Part shown: positions 28,998 through 37,420 of the stretch, piece after piece
Layout: every line of letters begins with the position of its first letter
How positions within the stretch are numbered: position 1 is the stretch's first letter
Origin: a virus
Virus genome (UHGV): UHGV-0094961
DNA length: 38,929 bases
Reading direction: 5' to 3' (one strand)
Notes under the pieces: generated by a model
The model's database searches: none
What the model was told of the DNA's origin: nothing
What the model saw: the letters and a program-made list of their open reading frames with translations, nothing else
Made by a program: the position numbers and the translations under genes

Positions 28998-29582
28998 ATG
29001 ACTAATTCCACCAATTCAACAGGTAAAGTATTCAAGCTCACCGCTGCTGGCAGCATTCGTAAAGCGCTGGGCGACGTAGTGGAAGCAAAGCGTAACATCA
29101 CTATCAGCGCGCTCTTCCACGGCCTGATTAGCAGCAACGTATCATGGGCTACGGATATGCAGCGTAGCGATGCCGCTGACTTCGATATGGTGCTGCGTAC
29201 GCTGTTGCCTATCAAGCTCAACAAGGAGTCCGGCAAATATGGGTTCAACGCTAAGAAGTGCTATGTGTCGGCTGAAAAGCTGGGTATCGAACTGGACACT
29301 ATGCGTCTGGACTACAAACAAGCTGACAAGCAAGGCCGCGAAGTAATCGTAGCGAGGTTTTATAGCTCCTGTATGGCCCTGTACGCCGCCGAAGCAGAGC
29401 AGGTGAAGAATGACGCACTGGATGCCGATGCAGTGCGCCTGCAAGCGCTGGGGCGCGTTAAAAACGCTATTAAGAAGGCTAAAGAGACTGGCGTAAGCGA
29501 TGCTGACCTCGTGTCTATGCTGGTATCGCAAGGCGTGGACGTACGCGCTGTACTGGACGCAACTTTGAAGGCAGCGGCATGA
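28998..29582 (+). CDS. hypothetical early protein
   Basis: Start at ATG 28998 (AAAGGGG RBS) within track ORF 28947..29582; 194 aa; no recognisable motif. Confidence 0.5.
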   Translation: MTNSTNSTGKVFKLTAAGSIRKALGDVVEAKRNITISALFHGLISSNVSWATDMQRSDAADFDMVLRTLLPIKLNKESGKYGFNAKKCYVSAEKLGIELDTMRLDYKQADKQGREVIVARFYSSCMALYAAEAEQVKNDALDADAVRLQALGRVKNAIKKAKETGVSDADLVSMLVSQGVDVRAVLDATLKAAA

Positions 29583-29710
29583 TTTATAAAGTTCCGGTTA
29601 TCAAGTGGTGGGCCTTGTGCCCTGCGGCCAACGATGCCGACGCTTTCGATATCCCTGTGCGGGCAATAGCTCAAAAATGGGTGTACGAGGGATTGGGCGA
29701 GTATCTCTAG
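29579..29710 (+). CDS. hypothetical small protein (43 aa), not in supplied ORF track
   Basis: ATG overlaps upstream stop (ATGA coupling); reads MIYKVPVIKWWALCPAANDADAFDIPVRAIAQKWVYEGLGEYL. Confidence 0.3.
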   Translation: MIYKVPVIKWWALCPAANDADAFDIPVRAIAQKWVYEGLGEYL

Positions 29711-29716
29711 TGGCAA

Positions 29717-29747
29717 GCCTATAGCGTCCTACGGGACGCTATGTGAA
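29717..29747 (+). promoter_or_regulatory. conserved hairpin motif copy B (GCCTATAGCGTCC-TACG-GGACGCTATGTGAAT)
   Basis: Perfect 9-bp stem, 4-nt loop; 25 nt upstream of ATG 29772; two compensatory substitutions relative to copy A. Confidence 0.4.
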
Positions 29748-29771
29748 TGCAACTGGCGTATGAGGTGGCAT

Positions 29772-29993
29772 ATGAAAGCAATACTGGTTTATCCGGGTCA
29801 TGAACCCTGGCCCGTGTGGTGCAATCGCAAGTACGACGAATACAACTACACTGTGGTTATATTCTCTGACAAAGACACCAATCAGGAATCCCCATTCGAA
29901 TTTGTGGATACCTACACCGAAATGGCTGCCCGCACTGTGCTGGACGCCGTTAATCTTGGCATCATCGCCGATTGGAGACAACTATATGGTTAA
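29772..29993 (+). CDS. hypothetical early protein
   Basis: Start at ATG 29772 (GAGGTGG RBS) within track ORF 29760..29993; 73 aa. Confidence 0.45.
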   Translation: MKAILVYPGHEPWPVWCNRKYDEYNYTVVIFSDKDTNQESPFEFVDTYTEMAARTVLDAVNLGIIADWRQLYG

Positions 29994-30249
29994 TGTATTC
30001 AACATCATTGTGACCAGCGCTATGCTGGTGCTGGGCAACGACGTAAACAACCCAATCCCATACTGCACAGTGCAGTTGCAGCAACCCGCAACGCAGGAAC
30101 CGCAGCCGCGCCCTGAGTATGACCTCTTTGAAGACCCCGAGGGCGGCTGCAAAGAGCTAGGCGCGCGTATTCTTGCCGCGGTGCAGGAGCAGTACCCGGA
30201 CGCCGCCGTTACGCTTACGGTGGACAGTAAGAGCAACAGCGATATTTGA
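29986..30249 (+). CDS. hypothetical small protein with hydrophobic N-terminus
   Basis: ATG 29986 with GGAGA RBS inside track ORF 29800..30249; N-terminal MVNVFNIIVTSAMLVLG may be a signal peptide or TMD. Confidence 0.4.
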   Translation: MVNVFNIIVTSAMLVLGNDVNNPIPYCTVQLQQPATQEPQPRPEYDLFEDPEGGCKELGARILAAVQEQYPDAAVTLTVDSKSNSDI

Positions 30250-30257
30250 GGTTGGGC

Positions 30258-30437
30258 ATGCACGGAAAGAATCCTGAGACGCTGCTAATGCGTAGGCAGC
30301 AACCAACAATCGAAGGGCTGGCGCGGGAGTACAACGCGAAGGCAGCACTGCGCCAGCACTATGAGAAACAAGCAAAGCGCCTGGGTATGACTCTGCGCGG
30401 TTACTGCTTACGGTTTAATGTAAGGGGTGTAGTATGA
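30258..30437 (+). CDS. hypothetical small protein
   Basis: ATG 30258 with GAGGTTGGG RBS, inside track ORF 30246..30437. Confidence 0.4.
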   Translation: MHGKNPETLLMRRQQPTIEGLAREYNAKAALRQHYEKQAKRLGMTLRGYCLRFNVRGVV

Positions 30438-30643
30438 TTAAGTATGACGTGTACAAGCGCCCGAACGGGCTGTTCTACCGAGTGGCGATACACGACATGT
30501 TCCATACTCGGGCGGAACTCTTTGCTCCCCATAGCAATGTGTGGGTTAAGTCTGCGCTAAAGGTGGGGGATCTGGTGTCCAGTCCCAAGTCGTCCCTGCT
30601 GGCCCGCAACGTGGTATTCAAGGACAGCGTATGCTCACAGTAG
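30434..30643 (+). CDS. hypothetical small protein
   Basis: 69 aa; AAGGGG RBS; ATGA coupling with upstream gene. Confidence 0.45.
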   Translation: MIKYDVYKRPNGLFYRVAIHDMFHTRAELFAPHSNVWVKSALKVGDLVSSPKSSLLARNVVFKDSVCSQ

Positions 30644-31119
30644 ACGAAACAGCGCTGCTGTGCTTGATTCAGGAATATCTCTACGTCGACGCCACCTCGA
30701 CCACTGGTTTGCGTTGGAAGAAAGCACCTAGAGCACGCACACCGGTTGGAGCGGAAGCGTTCACAAGCAAGAGTAACGGGGGCTACTACCACGGAATGCT
30801 TCGGGGCCGGGACTTAAAAGCTCATAGGGTGGTTTTCGCCCTTACCAACGGGTACTTTCCACCAGTAGTTGACCATATCAACGGGCAGCGGGATGATAAT
30901 CGTCCTGAAAACCTCCGCGCGACCACTGCCCTAATCAATAACCACAACCGAGAGGCGAAGGGGTATTACCCATTTCGAGGAGGATACATGGCCCGCATAG
31001 CAGCAAACGGGAAGCAGATGTATCTTGGGGTGTACCCCACAGAAAATGAAGCCCGCGAAGCATACTTAGCGGCTAAAGCTAGGCTGCACCCAACCACTCC
31101 TACTGGGAGGCTCACATGA
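30631..31119 (+). CDS. HNH endonuclease with AP2-like DNA-binding domain
   Basis: VDHINGQRDDNRPENLR (HNH motif) followed by GYYPFRGGYMARIAANGKQMYLGVYPTENEAREAY (AP2-like). Confidence 0.7.
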   Translation: MLTVDETALLCLIQEYLYVDATSTTGLRWKKAPRARTPVGAEAFTSKSNGGYYHGMLRGRDLKAHRVVFALTNGYFPPVVDHINGQRDDNRPENLRATTALINNHNREAKGYYPFRGGYMARIAANGKQMYLGVYPTENEAREAYLAAKARLHPTTPTGRLT

Positions 31120-31460
31120 TGACGGTAGATGAAGCTGCTGTTTTCATGTGGAAGCTGCTGGAAACGCAGGGCAAGTGCGGGTGCCCTTGGGGAACATTCA
31201 AAGAGGTTCCTAATGAACTCAAGCAAATCATACCGGTCGAGCGCAGACTCCTCCGTGTTCGTAGGCAGGACTCTACGGTGGTGCTCACAACCTATCGCGA
31301 GTATACAGAATCTGCCGCGCGGCAGTTGCAAGAGCACATTCAGTTCGATGTGGTTGCAGCACTGCTACGGTACGGGTATCGTGGAGCATATACAAGATTT
31401 AGGGCGGCAGTACGGGCATATTATAAGCAAGCGCAGATCGCTGCATGGTACGCACGCTGA
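31116..31460 (+). CDS. hypothetical protein
   Basis: 114 aa; GGGAGG RBS; protein-like composition, unlike the overlapping frame. Confidence 0.5.
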   Translation: MMTVDEAAVFMWKLLETQGKCGCPWGTFKEVPNELKQIIPVERRLLRVRRQDSTVVLTTYREYTESAARQLQEHIQFDVVAALLRYGYRGAYTRFRAAVRAYYKQAQIAAWYAR

Positions 31461-31509
31461 CTTAGTGGTTGGCGATGAACTCAAAGAACCTATTCAGGGG
31501 CAAACTAAA

Positions 31510-33186
31510 ATGCAAGAGACTAACACAGCACCTATCGAATGGAAAATCGTATTACCGGAAGGTGCAAACGCACTGCCGATTAAAGAATCAATGTATTCCA
31601 GCGGTGATTACTGGACCCCGTTCCAGGACTTGCAAATGCAAGGGGAGGACCATCCCCACACTGAGGGTCCGCTGCAGGTGCTTATGGGTCTCCGCACTGT
31701 CAGTGCGCACACTCCAGGCTTAGAGGTGACTATAGGCGGGGCACTGCACCCAGAGTATCGCGAATCAACGATGACGCTCGGCCCGTTGCAAAAGGTGGAC
31801 CTGTACCGGTCCGGAACTTTCTGCGAACTCTTTGAACCGGTGCGAATCACCATAGACAGCAAGTTCTGGGAACGCCGCCGCGACTTCTATGAGGGCGAGG
31901 ATGTAGTGGTTGAGCGCGTAGTTGCTTGCGTCGAAGAATTCACAGGTTACAAGGTGCACAAGCAGGCCGTGCAGTTATTTGAGCGCATCATGCTTGCACC
32001 AGAAGAGCAGCAGCGCCGCTTATGCACTGGCTACGATTACGGCCGCCACGCCCGCGATGGCAACTTAGCTGCGCTGCTCATGAAGTTGCACGGATTCATA
32101 GTATCTAGATTCGCCGTGCCATTGGGCTTTGGTTTCCGCAACGGTGAGCCTATCGTGATGCTGGGGCAGCCGCGGATGCACAAGGACTTCGCCGCAGTTA
32201 CCGAGTACCGTTGTGTGGAGATGCGCGTAGGTAAGTGGCTCGCTAACTACTACGGCAATGGCGTAGACTTCCGCGATGCTATCGAAGACCTCAAGGCTAT
32301 GAACGTAGAGCCTACAACGTACCTGTGCAAGACCGAGCAGGAATGGTACGACTCCTACGAGAATGGCCCGGGTAGCTGCATGAGTGGATACTCATTTGAG
32401 CATAGCCCGGTGCGGGTGTATGCTACTACCAGCCACGGGCTGCCGGACAACGGGCTGCGCCTGTTCATCCAGTACACCGGGGAACTGTTCGGGGATGACT
32501 TCGAAGTGCAGGCACGGGCAATCGTTAACACAGAAACTAACGAGTACGTCCGCGCTTACGGCGACGCTGCGGATGCAATCCTGCGGGGGCATGGGTACAC
32601 CAAAAACATTGAGTGTCTCGAAGGGGTAATGCTGGCGCGAATACCGCACCCAACATACAACGGCGCAGTGCTGATGCCATACCTAGATAGCAGCCAGTGC
32701 GGCGTAGATGAGTATGGGGATGATGCCTTTGTAATCCGTGATGCTTATGAGTACGAGGCACAAGACTCAGAAGGATACATCTACGTAGGCACTGAGTCTG
32801 CTGGGTGCTGCTGCTGTGAATGTCGCTACTCTGTAGATGACATGCAGGAGACCGCAGATGGTGATATGGTCTGCGACGGCTGCGTAGAAGAAGGGGATTT
32901 TGTGTACGTAGTTGGGCGTGATGGTCTGCATAATCGCTGGAGCTGCACCTGGTCTGATTACCACGACGCCTATGTATACGACGAGGACATAGAGCGCTGC
33001 GAAGTAGAGGGTGTAGTGCACGACCAAGAGGAACTGGTGTTTGCACAGGACCGGCAAGTGCTTATTGAACACGCAGAAGAACACCCAGTGCACGGGTTAA
33101 TTCTCACTGAGCATGCAGCTGATTGCTTGGGAGAGAAGTACCTGGGAAACGATGAAGATGAAGAAGAAGCAGAGGAGGCAGCTTAA
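31510..33186 (+). CDS. large acidic early protein with Cys cluster, unknown function
   Basis: Long ORF (track 31129..33186); first about 380 nt in this frame is Ser/Arg/Cys-rich and overlaps a better ORF, so start placed at ATG 31510 (uncertain); contains SAGCCCCECRYS...MVCDGC and acidic tail DEDEEEAEEAA. Confidence 0.45.
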   Translation: MQETNTAPIEWKIVLPEGANALPIKESMYSSGDYWTPFQDLQMQGEDHPHTEGPLQVLMGLRTVSAHTPGLEVTIGGALHPEYRESTMTLGPLQKVDLYRSGTFCELFEPVRITIDSKFWERRRDFYEGEDVVVERVVACVEEFTGYKVHKQAVQLFERIMLAPEEQQRRLCTGYDYGRHARDGNLAALLMKLHGFIVSRFAVPLGFGFRNGEPIVMLGQPRMHKDFAAVTEYRCVEMRVGKWLANYYGNGVDFRDAIEDLKAMNVEPTTYLCKTEQEWYDSYENGPGSCMSGYSFEHSPVRVYATTSHGLPDNGLRLFIQYTGELFGDDFEVQARAIVNTETNEYVRAYGDAADAILRGHGYTKNIECLEGVMLARIPHPTYNGAVLMPYLDSSQCGVDEYGDDAFVIRDAYEYEAQDSEGYIYVGTESAGCCCCECRYSVDDMQETADGDMVCDGCVEEGDFVYVVGRDGLHNRWSCTWSDYHDAYVYDEDIERCEVEGVVHDQEELVFAQDRQVLIEHAEEHPVHGLILTEHAADCLGEKYLGNDEDEEEAEEAA

Positions 33187-34232
33187 TGTTCTTGAATCCG
33201 CATGGGATTGATATGCAGCTGCTCTTGCAGATACTGCGAACGCACCGGCCTAGCTGGGCAAGCACTAAGTGGTTCGATCCGCTGCTTATGCAGGCGCTGG
33301 GTAGTGGTATGCACTACGTAAAGGATAAGCACGGGAACTACTTCGTGCTGGTGGGGGACTCAGAGCAAAGTGATGTAGCGTTTACGTCTCATCTCGATAC
33401 GGTGGCCCGCCCAACCAGCGCTGCACCGGACGTCGGTTGCACTAACAAGGGCGTGCTGTTCGTAAAGAATCCGCAACAAGCTGACTGCTTGGGGGCGGAC
33501 TGCGGTGCCGGTGTCTACCTGATGCTGGAGATGCTGCGGCGGGGTGTGCACGGACGCTACTGCTTCTTCGTGGATGAGGAGGTTGGCTGCGAAGGCAGCG
33601 CTGCATCGGTCAAGGATGACACTGGATTTTGGACTGGTGTCAAGGCGATGATTAGCTTTGACCGCCGCGGAGATGGTATCATTACGCACCAGCGGTACAT
33701 GCGCTGCTGCTCTGATACCTTTGCCAAGACTCTGGCAGAGCGCCTAGGACGCACGGAGCAGCACTTACAAAAGGGTGTGTATACTGACTCAGCCGAGTTC
33801 GTCGGCATCATCCCTGAGTGCACCAACGTCGGTGTAGGGTACATGCACGAGCACACTCCGGATGAGGTGCTGGACCTGAACATCCTGGGGAAAGTGCTTG
33901 AGCGGGTACTGCAAGATGGTACGTTCTCGCACCTTCCGATTGAGCGGGACCCGAAGGTAGTAGAGCCGGACCAATGGCTCTCAGCATCGACGCTCAGTTT
34001 ACGGCAGCCATGGGATATGCCGCCAGACGAGGACCCGCAATTGCTGGCAGCGTTCCGTGTAGTGTCGCAGCTTTCTAAACAACAACTGGTTAGCTGGGTG
34101 CAGGAGAATCCAGAGAAGGCGGCGGAGTACATAATGGTGTTCTCCGATTACGGCTTTAAAGAAGAACTGATTGAATTAGGCACCCGAGTCGTAGAAGACT
34201 GGGGTGGATACGATAATATTGTGGAGGGTTAA
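33186..34232 (+). CDS. putative dinuclear-zinc metallopeptidase-like protein (MH-clan, M20/M28/M42-like)
   Basis: Motifs HLDTV (His69), GADCGAG (Asp105), VDEEVG (Glu131-132), later YMHEHTPDE, with spacing very similar to the metal ligands of DapE/ArgE-type peptidases; AGGAGG RBS. Confidence 0.45.
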   Translation: MFLNPHGIDMQLLLQILRTHRPSWASTKWFDPLLMQALGSGMHYVKDKHGNYFVLVGDSEQSDVAFTSHLDTVARPTSAAPDVGCTNKGVLFVKNPQQADCLGADCGAGVYLMLEMLRRGVHGRYCFFVDEEVGCEGSAASVKDDTGFWTGVKAMISFDRRGDGIITHQRYMRCCSDTFAKTLAERLGRTEQHLQKGVYTDSAEFVGIIPECTNVGVGYMHEHTPDEVLDLNILGKVLERVLQDGTFSHLPIERDPKVVEPDQWLSASTLSLRQPWDMPPDEDPQLLAAFRVVSQLSKQQLVSWVQENPEKAAEYIMVFSDYGFKEELIELGTRVVEDWGGYDNIVEG

Positions 34233-34234
34233 TT

Positions 34235-34693
34235 ATGCCTAATTTTAAAGTTGGTGATAAAGTTGTGCGTACAGTTGAGAGCAAAACGTTCTGGCTCATT
34301 CAAGGCGTTAAGAATTATTACATTGTAACGGATGTTGGCGCAGGTGGTTACTGGTTACAGTTGGATGGGGTGCGAGATAAGGAGGACCCCCGTCCGTGGT
34401 ACGCGCCAAACTTCGAACTGTACCAAGAGCCCGAGGACGAGGAGCTGCCGCCGGTTCCAGCCAGTGTAACCTACGTGAACTCCAAGCGCGATTCTGGAAA
34501 TGACCAGCGCCTAGTCCTTGATAAGGACAACGGTGAAGGGGAAGGATTAATGTACATCGGAGTAATCCCTCGCAAGGGAAGTACTCGAGCACAGATGGAG
34601 ATTGGGATTAACATCGACCCTGATTCAGCCCTGCAGTTGGCGCACGACCTGCGCCGCATGGCTATGGATATCAAACGTAAGGAGAAAGCATAA
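34235..34693 (+). CDS. hypothetical protein
   Basis: 152 aa; GGAGGG RBS; N-terminal KVGDKVVR motif also seen at start of ORF 1922. Confidence 0.5.
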   Translation: MPNFKVGDKVVRTVESKTFWLIQGVKNYYIVTDVGAGGYWLQLDGVRDKEDPRPWYAPNFELYQEPEDEELPPVPASVTYVNSKRDSGNDQRLVLDKDNGEGEGLMYIGVIPRKGSTRAQMEIGINIDPDSALQLAHDLRRMAMDIKRKEKA

Positions 34694-34881
34694 TGAAAGT
34701 AAAAGCTCTAGAAAATAGCCCAGAGAACTTTCTGTTCACGGACAGAACCTATACCTTAATTAACGTAAAGGATGGTCGCGCCACTATAAAAGATGATTTA
34801 ACCAATTTAACTACGGTGGTTAAAGTGGAGCGAATTTTACTCACAGAGGGTAACGCTACCGATGGACCAGCCCTGGCTTAG
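34693..34881 (+). CDS. hypothetical small protein
   Basis: 62 aa; start ATG overlaps upstream stop codon (translational coupling). Confidence 0.4.
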   Translation: MKVKALENSPENFLFTDRTYTLINVKDGRATIKDDLTNLTTVVKVERILLTEGNATDGPALA

Positions 34882-35662
34882 AGCGTGCAAGCGCCTGGCC
34901 GTGGGGCAGAGGGCACGCTTTCGGTGCTGCGGCAGGGACGCCGCCGGGGTGCTCTACAATAACCCGGATGCCTGGGAATACTATTGCCACCGCTGCAAAC
35001 AGGTGGGCAAGGAGCACAAGCAGTACCAGCGCATACGGTTACAGGAAGAGCCGAGGGTGCAGCCCTCTGCACCTGCAGATGCAATTTGCATTAGCCAAGC
35101 GCCTGCGGAAACGCAGAGTTTTATTTACGGATTCCTGACCACAAAGGGAATCATGCCTGAAATGGTGGAGGATGCAGAATGGAGCAAAGAGAAACAGCGG
35201 ATAATCTTCCGTGTCGGAAGCGCTGCCCTAGGCCGTGCAGTGCATGCTCGGCAGCAACCGAAGTGGGTAATGTACGGCCAGCCAATAGCTTTCGCTGTCG
35301 CGGCACCTGCCGTAGCACCAGCTGTAGCTGCGGCCGCACCTCTAAAGGTCGTGCTCACCGAGGACTTACTCTCAGCCCGGAAGATACAGCACGCAGTTAC
35401 GAGCTACAGTGCGTTGAACGTGCAGGCTATAGCTATGCTGGGTACACGCTTGCCCACGCCGCTGAGGGCTTGGCTGATACAGAATCGCCCGGAAGTGATT
35501 CTGATGCTGGACAATGACCCAGCAGGGCACGCTGGAGTAGCGGCGGCGCGCCGCGCACTGCGTCCGTTCATGCAGTGTCGTGAGCATTACTTCGCTGCGG
35601 ACCCGAAGGATGCAGAAATCAAAGAGATTCTGGAGGCTATAATTGGACCTAATAGTTGTTAA
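34862..35662 (+). CDS. DNA primase (zinc-ribbon plus TOPRIM)
   Basis: N-terminal Cys motif FRCCGRD...YYCHRCKQ and TOPRIM-like VILMLDNDPAGHAG, as in the T7 gp4 primase domain. Confidence 0.7.
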   Translation: MDQPWLRACKRLAVGQRARFRCCGRDAAGVLYNNPDAWEYYCHRCKQVGKEHKQYQRIRLQEEPRVQPSAPADAICISQAPAETQSFIYGFLTTKGIMPEMVEDAEWSKEKQRIIFRVGSAALGRAVHARQQPKWVMYGQPIAFAVAAPAVAPAVAAAAPLKVVLTEDLLSARKIQHAVTSYSALNVQAIAMLGTRLPTPLRAWLIQNRPEVILMLDNDPAGHAGVAAARRALRPFMQCREHYFAADPKDAEIKEILEAIIGPNSC

Positions 35663-35666
35663 GGCA

Positions 35667-36923
35667 ATGTGCACGCAGAAGGTTTGGAACCGACTGCGAG
35701 AGCAGATTCCTAAGTCGATGCTTGCGCCGGATACGTCGAACCTTCTGGACTGGGTGGGGCTGTACTGGAACACGTACCCGGAGCACCAGGAGGTGCGATG
35801 GGATGCGATGCAGAGCATGCTCAACCTCCGGGCGGGGCACCTATCCCGGGAAGAGCGGGTAATCATGGACGAGCTTATGCGGGGAGTACAAGCCGTGCCG
35901 CAGGATTCTGTGGTGGGGATTGTCCAGACCCTGAATGAGCTGGCCTACAGCGGGGAGGTAGCAGCGCTGACGCAGCGCTACCAAGACGGTGAGGAGATTG
36001 ATTACCTGCTGGAAATGAAGCACCTACAGCGCAAGTACGGTGACGGCGCTGCGGTGCATGATTCGCTGCTTGAATGGGAGAGCGGTAGTGTTGACGAAAT
36101 ACTTGCCGCGACTGACGAGAGCGGCGGTCTTAAACTGGGCGTGTTCGAGCAACTCTCTAGCAACATCCGGGGCCTACGCGGCGGGGACTGCATCGCAGTG
36201 GCTGCCCCTGTGGACTCTGGTAAAACTAGCCTGCTTGCTGCTATTGCTGTGGACTTTGCTGAGCAGATGCAGCAGCAGCCGGAAGTATACGGGGGCCGCC
36301 CGATTCTCTGGCTGGTTAACGAGGGTCCGGCGACGCGTACGGTGCCGAGGGTATATCAAGCGGCGCTGCACTGGACTCTGGCAGAGATTAAGGACAGGCA
36401 CAGTAAGCAAGAGTTCGTGCCAGCCTACCTCAAGAAAGTAGGCAGGGCTGACCGGATTCGTGTTAAGGCTGCGCACTCCTTGACGATGGCGCAGATATCC
36501 ACGCTCATGGAGGAGATGCGCCCTGCGGTAATCATCATCGACATGGTGGCGAACATCCGTGGCGGCACTATGGAGACCGAGCACCAGAACCTCGAGGCGA
36601 AATGGCAGGAGCTGCGCATACTTGGGTGCGAGAACGACTGCGCTATTGTAGGCACTATGCAGCTTTCACTCGAAGGTTACAACATGCTGTTCCCGCCGCT
36701 CACCGCTATGAAGCAGAGCAAGATTGGCGTACAGGGTGCCCTGGACTTGGCTATTATGATGGGATGCTTGGACAGAAACGAGCAGCCGCACATGCAAAAC
36801 GTCCGTGGTATCAGTACTCCGAAGAACAAGATGGCACTGTCTGGTAAAGAGTCGCTACTGCAATTCGAGGTGGGATTCGAGCCGGGTCGTTGCCGCTTTG
36901 ACGAGGGCCAGATTAACCGGTGA
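35667..36923 (+). CDS. replicative DNA helicase (DnaB/T7 gp4 helicase-like)
   Basis: Walker A AAPVDSGKTSLL, later VIIIDMVANI (Walker B-like); first ATG at 35667 after primase stop (track ORF starts at TTG 35643). Confidence 0.8.
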   Translation: MCTQKVWNRLREQIPKSMLAPDTSNLLDWVGLYWNTYPEHQEVRWDAMQSMLNLRAGHLSREERVIMDELMRGVQAVPQDSVVGIVQTLNELAYSGEVAALTQRYQDGEEIDYLLEMKHLQRKYGDGAAVHDSLLEWESGSVDEILAATDESGGLKLGVFEQLSSNIRGLRGGDCIAVAAPVDSGKTSLLAAIAVDFAEQMQQQPEVYGGRPILWLVNEGPATRTVPRVYQAALHWTLAEIKDRHSKQEFVPAYLKKVGRADRIRVKAAHSLTMAQISTLMEEMRPAVIIIDMVANIRGGTMETEHQNLEAKWQELRILGCENDCAIVGTMQLSLEGYNMLFPPLTAMKQSKIGVQGALDLAIMMGCLDRNEQPHMQNVRGISTPKNKMALSGKESLLQFEVGFEPGRCRFDEGQINR

Positions 36924-36928
36924 CTTCC

Positions 36929-36958
36929 CTAGCGCCTTCTCTGAGGGCGCTATGTAGG
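36929..36958 (+). promoter_or_regulatory. hairpin motif copy C (TAGCGCC-9 nt loop-GGCGCTATGTAGG)
   Basis: 7-bp perfect stem followed by ATGT, 20 nt upstream of ATG 36980; shares stem-GCTATGT architecture with copies A and B. Confidence 0.3.
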
Positions 36959-36979
36959 TACATGGTATAGGAGGGCTAA

Positions 36980-37420
36980 ATGGAAATGAGTGAGTGTATC
37001 GACCACGGACGTTCGCGCAGCCTATCCCCAGAAGGCTACGCCTTGGTAGCTAAACCCGGAGTTCGCAGTCGTTGCGTACACCTGCACAGGCTGGTGCTGG
37101 CGGAGAAGTTAGGGGTGCCGCTTAAAGCTCTAGATGGAGTAGTTGTCAGGCACACTTGCGACAACCCACGGTGCATCAACCCAGAGCACCTAATACCTGG
37201 AACCCTAGCAGATAACAACAAGGACCGAGCAGAGCGCGGCCGTAGTGCTAAGCGGGTGCCTAGCCGCCAACGCCTAACTCCTAAAGACTGTGAAGATATC
37301 TGTGCCAAGCATACGCCGAGGATTTATGGCGTTACCCATCTGGCCCGCGAGTACGGCGTAGACACTAACGTCATATACAAAGTGCTAAGAGGAGAGTACC
37401 CTTGTCAACAACCAGTATAA
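36980..37420 (+). CDS. HNH homing endonuclease (paralog of 1114..1521)
   Basis: HTCDNPRCINPEHL and N-terminal CIDHGR shared with ORF 1114; GGAGGG RBS; sits between helicase and DNA polymerase genes. Confidence 0.75.
   Translation: MEMSECIDHGRSRSLSPEGYALVAKPGVRSRCVHLHRLVLAEKLGVPLKALDGVVVRHTCDNPRCINPEHLIPGTLADNNKDRAERGRSAKRVPSRQRLTPKDCEDICAKHTPRIYGVTHLAREYGVDTNVIYKVLRGEYPCQQPV

Noticed and set aside
31129-31509. 5' extension of the large ORF back to 31129 (685-aa version)
   Set aside because: This frame is Ser/Arg/Cys-rich and non-protein-like here, and overlaps a well-formed 114-aa ORF with a good RBS in another frame; the shorter start is preferred but remains uncertain.
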